Origin: Candidatus Hydrogenedentota bacterium
GTDB taxonomy: Bacteria > Hydrogenedentota > Hydrogenedentia > Hydrogenedentales > SLHB01
Length of the DNA stretch: 64,000 bases
Assembly (NCBI GenBank): GCA_029974275.1
Contig: JARKSN010000276.1
Coordinates: 16,009 to 80,008 of the forward strand
Direction of reading: 5' to 3'
Part shown: piece after piece, positions 9,899-20,048 of the stretch
Layout of the letters: the number at the start of each line of letters is the position of its first letter
Numbering within the stretch: the first letter of the stretch is position 1
Translations under genes and position numbers: made by a program
The notes under the pieces: model-generated
The model's input: only the letters and a program-made list of their open reading frames with translations
What the model was told of the DNA's origin: nothing
Databases searched by the model: none

Positions 9899-11284
9899 CT
9901 ACGGCAACACATACGCGGCTACTTCCCCCAACGCCTTCAGGAGTTCCTCGCCCGTGAAACCCGTTTCGTGACCGATACGGCCTGAAAAATACAGAACGGC
10001 CATCAAGACCGTCCACGCCACGCAGACCGCCGAGGCCGCCGCTAACAAACCTGCTCGCCGCCAAGCCGCCCGCGCCGCATCGCTCCCCAAAACGCGTTCG
10101 ATCAGCCACGCGAACCCAATCAGCCAAACAGGCCAGCAGGCGAGCATGGCCCGCGCGCCAAACGACGCCCCAAACCACCAGATGCACCATGCCGAGTTGA
10201 TGTACCAAAGCGCCAACCACGGCGCGCTCAGCGACAACGACCACTTCGCCTGGCCGCGCATGCCCGCAACGACAAGACCTATGGCGCATAACAGAACCAC
10301 CGGCGCGTAGACGAATAGCGAGTTGCGCGTTGAAAAAAGGGTGTTCAGGAGTTCAGGGCGCAGCCAATCGAATCCCTGTCCCTCGTAGCTGTCCACGAAA
10401 AACGCGCCGTATAGCCGTTTCCACGCGATCAACTGTGGAGCGGCTCCGAGGAACCCGCCGACAGCGTACAACGTCCAATGCGGGGCGCGCGCAAAAAGAA
10501 TTCGAACGCGCTCTCGCGGGCGTGATGAAACCATGCGGATAAATTCGCGCACGGCATAGGCCGCGCCCATGACCACGTCGGTGTAACGCACCGCGGCCAT
10601 GAACCCGTTGAGACACCCCAGCCCGAAAGTTGCGCGTTTCGAACGTGCCGCATCCGATCGAACCAGCCACCAAAAATACACCCCGGCAAGTCCCACATTC
10701 GTTGTGTGCGGATTGGGGGCCTGTATCGTGCAATAGGCGAATAAACTCGTGCCCAACAGCACCACCGGCAACGCCAGAGCGGCGGCGCGTTCTCCCGCGA
10801 AACGCGCCGCCAGCCGCCAGCTCAACGCTATCCCGATCCACCCGATAAGGATGTTCGCAAGCGAATACAGGTACGTGTAGCAAGCCGAGTATCCGTCGTA
10901 GGGCAACTGTCGCCCCAAGACGACATTGGCTATCCACGTGGCCGCATGCCCCAGCCAGATCGTCGGCGCGAGCAAGAGCCCCATGCCCACGGCGTATCGA
11001 TTGGGCACAAGACCCGTCGCGGTTCGCTTTGATATCTCATCCGGTTGGTCCGCGGCGAAAGGGTTGTTGTAGAAATAGGCGTATTCGTTGGCGAAGTCGA
11101 GATCGCCGTCCATGGCGAGCGAACGGGCATAGGCGTAATAATGCTGCTCGTCCCAGCCCTGGATGCTATGACGGGTTTCGCCGGTGGTCTGAAACACGGA
11201 GTACAGCGCCGTGCATACAAGGAAAAGGCCTAGGCAGATGCCTGCTCCCATGCGGCGCCACCGTGATTCTTCATGCAACGTCAT
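9899..11284 (-). CDS. Polytopic membrane glycosyltransferase (GT-C fold)
   Basis: DEQHYYAYARSLAMDGDLDFANE after first TM helix; many TM segments; WWFGASFGARAM near C-terminus. Confidence 0.65.
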   Translation of the reverse strand: MTLHEESRWRRMGAGICLGLFLVCTALYSVFQTTGETRHSIQGWDEQHYYAYARSLAMDGDLDFANEYAYFYNNPFAADQPDEISKRTATGLVPNRYAVGMGLLLAPTIWLGHAATWIANVVLGRQLPYDGYSACYTYLYSLANILIGWIGIALSWRLAARFAGERAAALALPVVLLGTSLFAYCTIQAPNPHTTNVGLAGVYFWWLVRSDAARSKRATFGLGCLNGFMAAVRYTDVVMGAAYAVREFIRMVSSRPRERVRILFARAPHWTLYAVGGFLGAAPQLIAWKRLYGAFFVDSYEGQGFDWLRPELLNTLFSTRNSLFVYAPVVLLCAIGLVVAGMRGQAKWSLSLSAPWLALWYINSAWCIWWFGASFGARAMLACWPVWLIGFAWLIERVLGSDAARAAWRRAGLLAAASAVCVAWTVLMAVLYFSGRIGHETGFTGEELLKALGEVAAYVLP

Positions 11285-11465
11285 GCGAGACCCATTCTCC
11301 GGCTTACATGTTCGCGGCGTTGAAACAACGCCGGTGTCCGAAATCGTTTTTCCCCTCCCGTCGGCCGGATACCGTGCACTCACCCCATTTCTTGCGGGAC
11401 GACAGACCGATCGGGTCTAATGGCCCCATTGTATACTGAAAGCGTCTAGAAAGGATTCTTGTCGG

Positions 11466-12977
11466 ATGTGGTTGAACTCCCGTCGTGCGTGCATGCGTCT
11501 TGTTCAGGATATTGGGTTTTGTTGGTTGCTGCTGGCTGGCGCACTATTGGCCGGGTGCCGTGAGCCCGTCGTTCCCGGAGCCAAGCCGCCTGAACAAACC
11601 GTGGCGCCCCAACCGATTACCGTCGATTCGGCGTCACGCCCGAACGTGATTCTTATCGTGGCGGACGCGTTGCGCGCGGACCGCGTGTTCGGAAAACGCG
11701 GCGACATTGCGCTCATGCCAAACCTGAGCCAGTTCGCCCAGGAATCGTGGAACTACGCCCATGCAACGTCCCAAGCGTCCTGGACCAAGCCCTCGGTCGC
11801 GTCGTATCTGACGGCGCTCTATCCCGGCGTGCACCGGACGCTGTTTGGCGTCCATGTGCAACTGCTCCCAAATGATCCCGTCGAGGCCGACTCGTTGCCT
11901 CGCGAATTCGAAACGATGCCCAAGTACCTGAAAAGCCAAGGGTATGCAACGGCGTGCCTTCAGACAAACGCCAACGTCAGCGGCGCATTCGGGTTCGCGG
12001 AAGGTTTCGACGCCTACTTCTTCAAAGGCTATCCTGAATGCCGCGCGAACCAGGTCACGGACAAGGCCATCGAGACCATGGACGCGATGAAGCGTCCTTT
12101 CTTCTACTACATTCACTACATGGACACGCACCTGCCGTATGATCCGCCCGCGCAGCGCCTCGACTCTTTCGGGCCGTTGCCCGCCCTCGAACCGTCGGAT
12201 GAGAACATCCTCAACAATTACGAGTCGGCCTATATGGACTGGGTGCTGAACGCGATCGGGAAGAAACACGCGCGCGAGTTCGGCGAGTTATCGGAGGGCG
12301 GCAAGGAACGCATCCGAATGAAATACGATGCCGAAGTCCAGTTTCTCGATGCAGAACTCGGGCGGTTGCTGACGCACATACGGCTCCAGCACCCAAACAC
12401 CATCGTGATTGTCACCGCCGACCACGGCGAGGAACTGTGGGAACATGGCGGCATGGGACATGGCAGGACGGTATACGAGGAACTGGTCCATGTGCCGCTC
12501 ATCATTGCGCAGCCCGGAGCCTCCGCGCGCGTGGTGGAGGCCCCAGTCGAACTGATTGATTTATTGCCGTCCCTGGCGGGCATCCTTGGCACGCCTCCGC
12601 GCGACGCCTGGCAGGGCGTCGATATCCTCTCGCATCCGGATGCGCTCCCGATGGAGCGGCCGACGTTCAGCATGACCATGTCGTCGATGCGGCGATCCGC
12701 GATCAATCTGCAGAGCGTGACGATAAGACCTTACAAGCTGGTCCGCGATTTACACGCGCAGACGTTCCGCGTGTACGATCTCCAACGCGATCCCGGCGAG
12801 CTCTCCCCGTTGACCTCGCCCGACGCCGCGCTGTTGGCGCGCTTGGAGACGGCCAGCCAGAAATTGCGCGAACGGAACGCGGCGCACCCATCGATACAAA
12901 CGCCTGCCGCCGCCCAAACGGTCGACCCCGAAACGCTCCGGCAGCTTGAAGCGTTGGGCTACAAGCCCCGGCAATAG
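11466..12977 (+). CDS. Sulfatase-fold lipoprotein (alkaline phosphatase superfamily)
   Basis: Lipobox LLAGC; PNVILIVADALRAD, SWTKPSVASYLT, YIHYMDTHLPY, TADHGEE, YDLQRDPGE. Confidence 0.85.
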   Translation: MWLNSRRACMRLVQDIGFCWLLLAGALLAGCREPVVPGAKPPEQTVAPQPITVDSASRPNVILIVADALRADRVFGKRGDIALMPNLSQFAQESWNYAHATSQASWTKPSVASYLTALYPGVHRTLFGVHVQLLPNDPVEADSLPREFETMPKYLKSQGYATACLQTNANVSGAFGFAEGFDAYFFKGYPECRANQVTDKAIETMDAMKRPFFYYIHYMDTHLPYDPPAQRLDSFGPLPALEPSDENILNNYESAYMDWVLNAIGKKHAREFGELSEGGKERIRMKYDAEVQFLDAELGRLLTHIRLQHPNTIVIVTADHGEELWEHGGMGHGRTVYEELVHVPLIIAQPGASARVVEAPVELIDLLPSLAGILGTPPRDAWQGVDILSHPDALPMERPTFSMTMSSMRRSAINLQSVTIRPYKLVRDLHAQTFRVYDLQRDPGELSPLTSPDAALLARLETASQKLRERNAAHPSIQTPAAAQTVDPETLRQLEALGYKPRQ

Positions 12978-13017
12978 GCGCGTCCTCTAACCGGAAACAA
13001 GGAACGGCTTGCGGGAT

Positions 13018-13046
13018 TTGTATCGGCCAACCCAAGTTGCTATGCT
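13018..13046 (+). promoter_or_regulatory. Putative sigma70 promoter of the dehydrogenase-rfbD-rfbB-kinase run
   Basis: TTGTAT-N17-TATGCT with extended TG. Confidence 0.5.
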
Positions 13047-13128
13047 TGGCCCCTGCAAGATCAGGCGGCAAAAAACGCCTTTTGCCGGGCATATTCCCTG
13101 TCACAGGACATAACACAACGAGGTTCTC

Positions 13129-14310
13129 ATGAGCACAGTGCTGATTATCGGCGCAGGCGGGGTCGGCGGCGTGGTGGCGCACAAGTGTGCACAGGCGCGC
13201 GAGGTCTTCTCGCGAATCGTGTTGGCGAGCCGCACGCTGGAGAAGTGCGACCGCATCAAAGAGCAAATCGGCGGCGGCATCGAGACGGCGCAGGTCGACG
13301 CGGACAATGTTCCGGAACTCGTCGCGCTGATACGCAGAGTGCAGCCGGACCTCGTGCTGAACGTCGCGCTGCCGTATCAAGACCTCCACATCATGGACGC
13401 GTGCCTGGAAACCGGCGTGAATTACCTCGACACGGCAAACTACGAGCCGTTGGACGTGGCGAAGTTCGAGTACAGTTGGCAGTGGGCGTATCACGACCGC
13501 TTCCGCGAAAAGGGCATCATGGCGTTGCTCGGCAGCGGCTTCGACCCCGGCGTGACGAATGTCTTTTGTGCGCACGCCCAGAAGAATCACTTCGATACGA
13601 TTGAATATGTCGACATCGTCGACTGCAACGCGGGCGACCACGGCCACCCCTTTGCGACAAACTTCAATCCGGAGATCAACATCCGCGAGATCACCCAACG
13701 CGGACGCTATTGGGAAAACGGCCAATGGGTCGAGACGGAGCCGCTGGAACACTCGCAGACCTTCGACTTTCCCGGCGTCGGCCCGCGCAAGGCGTTCTTG
13801 CTGTACCACGAAGAGTTGGAGAGCCTCATCCAAAACATCAAGGGACTCAAGCGCATCCGTTTCTGGATGACCTTCGGCGAGGCGTACCTCACGCACCTGC
13901 GCGTGCTGCAGAACGTTGGCATGACGCGCATCGACCCGGTGATGTACGAGGGGCATGAGGTTGTGCCGATCAAGTTGCTCAAGTTGCTGCTGCCTGACCC
14001 TGCCTCGCTCGCCGAAAACTATACCGGCAAGACCAGCATCGGCTGCATCATCGAAGGGCTCAAGAACGGCGAACGCAAGAAGCTGTTCATCTACAACATC
14101 TGCGACCATGCCGAATGTTACAAAGAAGTGAAGGCCCAGGCCGTCTCGTACACCACCGGCGTCCCCGCAATGGTTGGCGCGATGATGATGGTCAAAGGCA
14201 TCTGGACCGGCAAGGGCGTCTACAACATCGAGCAACTCGACCCCACGCCGTTCCTCGAAGAACTTGGCAAGCGCGGCCTCCCCTGGCACGAAGAATGGCT
14301 GCCGACGTGA
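13129..14310 (+). CDS. Carboxy(nor)spermidine dehydrogenase (saccharopine dehydrogenase family)
   Basis: GAGGVG, ALPYQDLHIMDAC, YLDTANYE, GSGFDPGVT, FATNFNPEINIREI, YHEELESL, AVSYTTGVP. Confidence 0.9.
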   Translation: MSTVLIIGAGGVGGVVAHKCAQAREVFSRIVLASRTLEKCDRIKEQIGGGIETAQVDADNVPELVALIRRVQPDLVLNVALPYQDLHIMDACLETGVNYLDTANYEPLDVAKFEYSWQWAYHDRFREKGIMALLGSGFDPGVTNVFCAHAQKNHFDTIEYVDIVDCNAGDHGHPFATNFNPEINIREITQRGRYWENGQWVETEPLEHSQTFDFPGVGPRKAFLLYHEELESLIQNIKGLKRIRFWMTFGEAYLTHLRVLQNVGMTRIDPVMYEGHEVVPIKLLKLLLPDPASLAENYTGKTSIGCIIEGLKNGERKKLFIYNICDHAECYKEVKAQAVSYTTGVPAMVGAMMMVKGIWTGKGVYNIEQLDPTPFLEELGKRGLPWHEEWLPT

Positions 14311-14427
14311 CGCCAAGCGATCCCGATAACAAGACGTCAAGATCCGCCACAGTCCGCCTCATAGCCATGGCGGCGGAAGACGTTGCTCCATCGCGGTTTT
14401 TGGGTGAATTCGCGGAGAAATGACCCT

Positions 14428-15276
14428 ATGGCGACCCTGATTCTCGGTGCGCGCGGGCAATTGGGCCGTGATCTATGCGCGACGTTCGCGCGCTTGGGTG
14501 ATGTCGTCGGCATCGACCTTCCGGAACTGGATGTCGCCGATCGCCATGCGGTAGACCGCCAGATTGCCCTGTGTCATCCCGCATGGGTGATCAACGCGGC
14601 GGCATACACGGACGTGGAGAAGGCCGAGTCGGACCGGGACGCCGCTTTCCGCACGAACGAGACCGGGGCGCGGGTCGTGGCAGAGGCCGCCGCCGCCGCC
14701 GGCATTCCGGTGGTCTATTACAGCACCGATTTTGTGTTTGGCGGCGATGCCTCCAATGCGCGGCCGTATGAATGCGACGATCCGATCGCGCCGCAGGGCG
14801 TTTACGCGGCGTCGAAGGCCGCCGGTGAAACGGCCACGCGCTTGGCCAATCCGCGTCACTTCATTATTCGCACGGCGTGGCTTTACGGTCCGGGCGGCAA
14901 CAATTTCGTCGAGAAAATTCTTCGGGCGGCGCACTCGCGTCCGCAATTGAAGGTTGTGGACGACGAGGTCGGATCGCCGACCCATACGCTCGATTTGGCC
15001 GATGCGACATTGGCGTTGTGCCGGACAGAGGCATACGGCACGTATCATGCCGTGAACAAAGGCTCCTGCAACCGCTATGATTTTGCGCGGGAAATTCTCC
15101 GGCTGGCGGGATTGACGACGCCCATCGGACCGTGCAGGGCAAACGAATTTCCGTCGCAGGCGCCGCGGCCTGCCTATTCCGTGTTGTCGAATGCGAAACT
15201 AGAGGCCACTACGGCCTATCGGATGCGCCCGTGGCGCGAGGCGCTGGTCCATTATATGGAGAGGAGAAACGCGTGA
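14428..15276 (+). CDS. rfbD: dTDP-4-dehydrorhamnose reductase
   Basis: GARGQLG, NAAAYTDVEKAE, STDFVFGG, YAASK, RPAYSVL. Confidence 0.93.
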   Translation: MATLILGARGQLGRDLCATFARLGDVVGIDLPELDVADRHAVDRQIALCHPAWVINAAAYTDVEKAESDRDAAFRTNETGARVVAEAAAAAGIPVVYYSTDFVFGGDASNARPYECDDPIAPQGVYAASKAAGETATRLANPRHFIIRTAWLYGPGGNNFVEKILRAAHSRPQLKVVDDEVGSPTHTLDLADATLALCRTEAYGTYHAVNKGSCNRYDFAREILRLAGLTTPIGPCRANEFPSQAPRPAYSVLSNAKLEATTAYRMRPWREALVHYMERRNA

Positions 15277-16277
15277 GCATCCAACGAATTCTGGTGACGG
15301 GCGGCGCGGGGTTTATCGGGTCGGCGTTCGTGCGCTATCAACTGCGCACCTATCCTGATGTGCATATTGTCAATCTCGACAAGCTGACCTACGCGGGCAA
15401 CCTCGATAATCTGAAGGGCATCGACGAGTCGCGCTATGCGTTCGTGCATGCGGACATCGCCGACGCAGCCGCTGTCGAAGCCGCCATGCAGGGCTGCGAT
15501 GCGGTCGTCAATTTCGCCGCCGAGACGCACGTCGATCGCAGCATCATGGGCGCGGCGGAGTTCATCGACACCGACGTGCTGGGCGTACACAACATCGTCG
15601 AGAGCGCCCGGAAACTAGGCGCCGAACGCGTCCTGCTCGTGTCGACCGACGAGGTCTACGGCAGCATCGCGTCCGGCTCGTTCAAGGAGAGCGATCCCGT
15701 CGGACCGCGCAATCCCTATTCGGCCAGCAAGGCCGGGGGCGAGTTGATGGGGATGGCGTTCTTCCACACCTTCGGCGTGCCGGTGATCATCACGCGCGGA
15801 TCGAACACCTACGGGCCGTACCAGTATCCCGAGAAGGTGCTCCCGCTGTTCGTGACCAATGCCATCGACGACGAGCCGTTGCCGCTGTATGGCGACGGAC
15901 GCAACGTGCGCGATTGGCTGTTTGTCGACGACCATTGCAGCGGCATCGACACAGCCCTGCGCAAAGGCGTCCCCGGCGAGATATACAACATCGCGGGCGG
16001 CAACGAGCGCGAAAACATCGTTCTCACGCACAAGATTCTCGATGCCGTCGGCAAGGGCAAGGACCTCATCACGCCTGTCAAGGACCGGCCCGGCCACGAC
16101 CGCCGTTATTCAATCGACGCGAGCAAATTGCACGCGTTGGGCTGGGCGCCTGCCATGGACTGGGACCAGGGCGTCGAGTGCACGGTGCGGTGGTACCAAG
16201 AAAACGAATGGTGGTGGCGCAAAATCAAAACCGGCGAGTTTCTCGCATATTACCGGCGGCAATATGCCGACCGATGA
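15273..16277 (+). CDS. rfbB: dTDP-glucose 4,6-dehydratase
   Basis: GTG start overlapping rfbD stop; TGGAGFIG, DKLTYAGN, AAETHVDRS, STDEVYG, YSASKA, DRPGHDRRY. Confidence 0.95.
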   Translation: MSIQRILVTGGAGFIGSAFVRYQLRTYPDVHIVNLDKLTYAGNLDNLKGIDESRYAFVHADIADAAAVEAAMQGCDAVVNFAAETHVDRSIMGAAEFIDTDVLGVHNIVESARKLGAERVLLVSTDEVYGSIASGSFKESDPVGPRNPYSASKAGGELMGMAFFHTFGVPVIITRGSNTYGPYQYPEKVLPLFVTNAIDDEPLPLYGDGRNVRDWLFVDDHCSGIDTALRKGVPGEIYNIAGGNERENIVLTHKILDAVGKGKDLITPVKDRPGHDRRYSIDASKLHALGWAPAMDWDQGVECTVRWYQENEWWWRKIKTGEFLAYYRRQYADR

Positions 16278-18054
16278 GGAATTCGTGAAAGGGCCGCGCC
16301 CTCCGGAAGACGAGGCCGCAGCGGCCATCCACGACAGCGAGCTCATGCTTGAAGCGCTGCTGGATTGCTTCAAGGATCGCGTCCATATCAAGGACATTCA
16401 TTCCCGATTCATCCGCGTCAACAAGGTTCTCGCGGATAATCTTTCGCTGGCCGATCCCGCCCAAGCGATCGGAAAGACAGACGCCGACTTTTTCACCCAG
16501 GAAGAGGCTGCGCATTTCCGGGAGATCGAGCAACAGGTGATGCAAACGGGCGTTCCGCTGCGAGACATGGAAATCGTCGCGTTGCATCCCGTCACCAAAG
16601 CCACGACCTATCTCTTGTCGTCGAAGGCGCCCGTGCGAGACCGCGCCGGACGCATCGTCGGAATCGCGGGCATCACCCAGGACGTGACCGAAACGAAGAC
16701 GGCCAAAGAGGCCCGCCGAAAAAGCGAAGAAAAATTCGAGACGGTGTTTCAAACGAGTCCGCAGGCGATCGTGATCACGCGTCTTTCGGACGGGACAATC
16801 GTGGAAGCCAACGAAGCGGCCGAGCGCCTCACGGGGTTCCGCCGCGACGAGGGCATCCACCACACCACCGTCGAACTCGGCATCTTGCGGCCCGAAGACC
16901 GGGACGACTATTTGAATGCTCTTGTCGCCGACGGAACGGCGAAGCGCCGCGAGACGCCTTACTTCACCAAATCCGGCGCGCAACGCACGGCCCTTCTCTC
17001 CGGCGAGCGGATCGAAATCGATGGAGAGCCCTGCCTTCTGCATGTCATCGAAGATATCACGGAAATCAAGGAGGCCGCCCTTGCCCTGCGCGAGAGCGAG
17101 GCAAGGAACCGCGCGTTGCTTGCGGCCATGCCCGACTCCATCTTTTTGCTGAGCGAAGACGGGACGGTGATCGATTATTCGGGGCCCGCGGATGGATCCC
17201 GTTCCCTATATGCTTCAATCCTTTCGAAGCATATAGGGGCGCTTCTGCCAAGCTCTCTCGTGGGACAAGCGATGCGCGCCATCCGGCAGGCGCTGAACAC
17301 GCGATCGGTCCAGTTGCTGGAGTTTCAGACGCCTGGGCCGACGGGGCCGCACGATTATGAGGCGCGGCTGGTCGTCTGCGGCGAGCGATCGGTCATGGCG
17401 CTGCTGCGCGACATCACGTTTTACCGCCGTCTTGAGAGACAAGTGCTGGAAGTGAGCGCGCGCGAGGAACAGCGTATCGGACACGACTTGCACGATGGGC
17501 TCGGACAAGAGTTGACCGGGATCGCCTTCCTCACGAAGGCGCTCGCCGACAGACTGCGCACGCTGTCGCTTCCCGAGTCCGAGGATGCCCAGCGCCTGGT
17601 CGATCATGTGAACAAAGCGATTGGCAGAGTGCGAGCGTTGGCGCGAGGACTTTCGCCAGCGGGCATGGAGGAGCGCGGCCTGATCGTCGCGTTGGAAGGT
17701 CTTGCGCGAGACACGTCCGTCGTTTTCAACATCCCTTGTGCGTTTCACTGCGATATCGATGGCTTTCCTGGAGAATCCGGCGTGCAAACCCAGCTTTTCC
17801 GCATCGCGCAGGAGGCGGTGCATAACGCCGTGCGACACAGCGGGGCCTCGAAGATCGAAATAACGTTGACGGAAGACAAGGAGGGCATGGCGTTGCGCAT
17901 CCGCGACAACGGCGCCGGGTTCGACGAAAACCGCACCGCTTCCTCCGGCATGGGACTGCACATCATGCGCTACCGGGCCTCGATGGCAAACGGCACGCTC
18001 TCGGTTGCGTCGCAGCCCGGCAAAGGAACCGTCATCGCCTGCATTCTGCAGTAG
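16264..18054 (+). CDS. Cytoplasmic multi-PAS sensor histidine kinase (HisKA_3 type), no adjacent regulator
   Basis: Three PAS-like segments; H-box RIGHDLHDGLGQELT; RIAQEAVHNAVRH; DNGAGF; GMGLHIM. Confidence 0.9.
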   Translation: MPTDEEFVKGPRPPEDEAAAAIHDSELMLEALLDCFKDRVHIKDIHSRFIRVNKVLADNLSLADPAQAIGKTDADFFTQEEAAHFREIEQQVMQTGVPLRDMEIVALHPVTKATTYLLSSKAPVRDRAGRIVGIAGITQDVTETKTAKEARRKSEEKFETVFQTSPQAIVITRLSDGTIVEANEAAERLTGFRRDEGIHHTTVELGILRPEDRDDYLNALVADGTAKRRETPYFTKSGAQRTALLSGERIEIDGEPCLLHVIEDITEIKEAALALRESEARNRALLAAMPDSIFLLSEDGTVIDYSGPADGSRSLYASILSKHIGALLPSSLVGQAMRAIRQALNTRSVQLLEFQTPGPTGPHDYEARLVVCGERSVMALLRDITFYRRLERQVLEVSAREEQRIGHDLHDGLGQELTGIAFLTKALADRLRTLSLPESEDAQRLVDHVNKAIGRVRALARGLSPAGMEERGLIVALEGLARDTSVVFNIPCAFHCDIDGFPGESGVQTQLFRIAQEAVHNAVRHSGASKIEITLTEDKEGMALRIRDNGAGFDENRTASSGMGLHIMRYRASMANGTLSVASQPGKGTVIACILQ

Positions 18055-18099
18055 CGCACAGGCCATCGACCTCGGGACAGCGGGGAGATTTCGGCGGCG

Positions 18100-18987
18100 T
18101 CAGGCCTCGTATCGTTTCAGTAGGCCGTCGTAGGCGTCGATGCGCCGATCGCGCAGAAACGGCCAAATGCGGCGAACCGATTCCGTCCGCCCAAGGTCGA
18201 TGTCGGCAACAAGCGTCTCATTCTGGGTCGCGCCGGCGCCGGCCAACAATTCGCCCTGGGGTCCTGCGACAAAAGAGCTTCCCCAAAAATCCACCCCCGC
18301 CAGCACGCCGCTGGGATCGGGTTCGTGGCCGACGCGGTTCACGCTGAGCACGAAAAGACCGTTGACAACGGCATGAGCGCGCTGGGCGATGGTCCAGGCA
18401 TCGCGTTGGCGCTCTTTTTCGGCGCGGTCGTCGCGGGGATCCCAGCCGATGGCAGTGGGATAGACGAGCAGTTCCGCGCCGCGCAAGGTCATCAAACGCG
18501 CCGCTTCGGGAAACCATTGGTCCCAGCACACCAGCACGCCGAGGCGCCCCACGGAAGTGGCAATCGGCGCAAATCCGATATCGCCGGGCGCGAAATAAAA
18601 CTTCTCGTGAAAACCGGGGTCGTCGGGAATGTGCATCTTGCGGTACATGCCCGCGATGGAACCGTCGCGCTCGAAGACGACCGCGGTGTTGTGGTGCAGT
18701 CCCGGCGCGCGTTTCTCGAACAACGACGCCACCAACACAATGCCGAGTTCCGCCGCGACCGCCGACAACCATTCGGTCGCCGGACCGGGAACGGTCTCGG
18801 CGAGATCGAAACAGGCGACATCCTCGGTCTGGCAGAAATAGCGCGTTGTGTGCAGTTCCTGCAGCACGACAAGCTCCGCGCCTTTCCCGGCGGCTTCGCG
18901 CGCCATCGCGATGCTCGTCGCGAGATTCGTGTTTTTGTCCTCGCCGCAGGCATGCTGCAACAAGGCGGCGCGTATGATCCTGCTCAT
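18100..18987 (-). CDS. aguB: N-carbamoylputrescine amidase (carbon-nitrogen hydrolase)
   Basis: LQELH, YRKMHIPDDPGFHEKFYF, VCWDQWFPEAAR, YPTAIGW; coupled to agmatine deiminase. Confidence 0.9.
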   Translation of the reverse strand: MSRIIRAALLQHACGEDKNTNLATSIAMAREAAGKGAELVVLQELHTTRYFCQTEDVACFDLAETVPGPATEWLSAVAAELGIVLVASLFEKRAPGLHHNTAVVFERDGSIAGMYRKMHIPDDPGFHEKFYFAPGDIGFAPIATSVGRLGVLVCWDQWFPEAARLMTLRGAELLVYPTAIGWDPRDDRAEKERQRDAWTIAQRAHAVVNGLFVLSVNRVGHEPDPSGVLAGVDFWGSSFVAGPQGELLAGAGATQNETLVADIDLGRTESVRRIWPFLRDRRIDAYDGLLKRYEA

Positions 18988-20048
18988 GGCAATACTCCCT
19001 GTGGAAACTGCATTGACGCGCAATGCACCGAGCCGAATTGCAACACCAACCCGATCCCGTCGATCGGAATGATCTCGCGATCGGGAAAACATGCTGTAAC
19101 GACTTGCAAGGCGTCGGCGTCTTGCGGGCAATGGTATGTCGGCGTCAACACTGCACCGTTAATAATCAAGAAGTTTGCGTAGGTCGCGGGTAAGCGATCG
19201 CCCTCGTCGTTGTATACAGGACGCGGCATAGGCAGCGGGACCAAACGGTACGGATCGTCGCTCGCCGTGCGGAACGTGCGGAGCTGCGCCTCCATGGCAC
19301 GAAGGCTATCGGCTTCTTCGCCCCGCGCATCGCCCGCCGAAACGTACGTCAGCGTGTGGGCGTCGCAAAACCGGACCAGCGTGTCCACGTGCGCGTCTGT
19401 ATCGTCTCCTTCGAGCCAGCCATTTTCGATCCACAACACCCGGGAAGCGCCAAGGATCCGATGCAACTCCCGCTCGAGGTCCTCCCGCGCAAGATGCGGA
19501 TTGCGGTTCGGCGATAGCAGACACCGGGAGGTTGTCAGCAGCGCGCCATGTCCGTCCGATTCGATCGATCCGCCTTCGAGGACAAGGCCCAAGGTCGTCA
19601 TGGGAGTCGAGGAAAAGGCCCCAAGCCGCGCCAAGCGACGGCCTATTTGGTTGTCGTCGTATGCGGGATATTTCAAGCCCCATCCGTTGAACGCAAAATC
19701 GAGGAGTTCGGGCCGACCCTCGCGCAAAATTGCGATGGGCCCATGGTCGCGCGCCCAGATGTCGTTCGACGGAACGGGCAGGAACTGCACGTTACGCGCC
19801 AACGCCGCCGTGTTTTCCAAGAGAGCCTGGGTATGCGCAACGTCCGAACACGCGAGGACGACGCGCTCGCGTTGGCTGATCGCAACCGTCATGGCAATCA
19901 AAGCCGGTTCCACGCGCGGCAGCAGCCCCTTCCAATCGCCTTCGTCGTGCGGCCACGTGAGCAGCACGCCCGACTGCGGCTCCCATTCCGCGGGCAGCCG
20001 CACGTCCGCTAACGGCACGGAAGACATGCTGTGAGGATCATTATTCAT
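18984..20048 (-). CDS. aguA: Agmatine deiminase family protein
   Basis: LPAEWEPQ, DIWARDHGP, LEGGSIESDG, DDTDAHVD, ATYANF, GSVHC. Confidence 0.92.
   Translation of the reverse strand: MNNDPHSMSSVPLADVRLPAEWEPQSGVLLTWPHDEGDWKGLLPRVEPALIAMTVAISQRERVVLACSDVAHTQALLENTAALARNVQFLPVPSNDIWARDHGPIAILREGRPELLDFAFNGWGLKYPAYDDNQIGRRLARLGAFSSTPMTTLGLVLEGGSIESDGHGALLTTSRCLLSPNRNPHLAREDLERELHRILGASRVLWIENGWLEGDDTDAHVDTLVRFCDAHTLTYVSAGDARGEEADSLRAMEAQLRTFRTASDDPYRLVPLPMPRPVYNDEGDRLPATYANFLIINGAVLTPTYHCPQDADALQVVTACFPDREIIPIDGIGLVLQFGSVHCASMQFPQGVLP

Noticed and set aside
12703..14340. 545-aa minus-strand ORF (likewise 50148..51788, 62226..63779, 37352..38677, 36155..37387)
   Set aside because: Each lies opposite a well-supported gene and has no recognisable domain.
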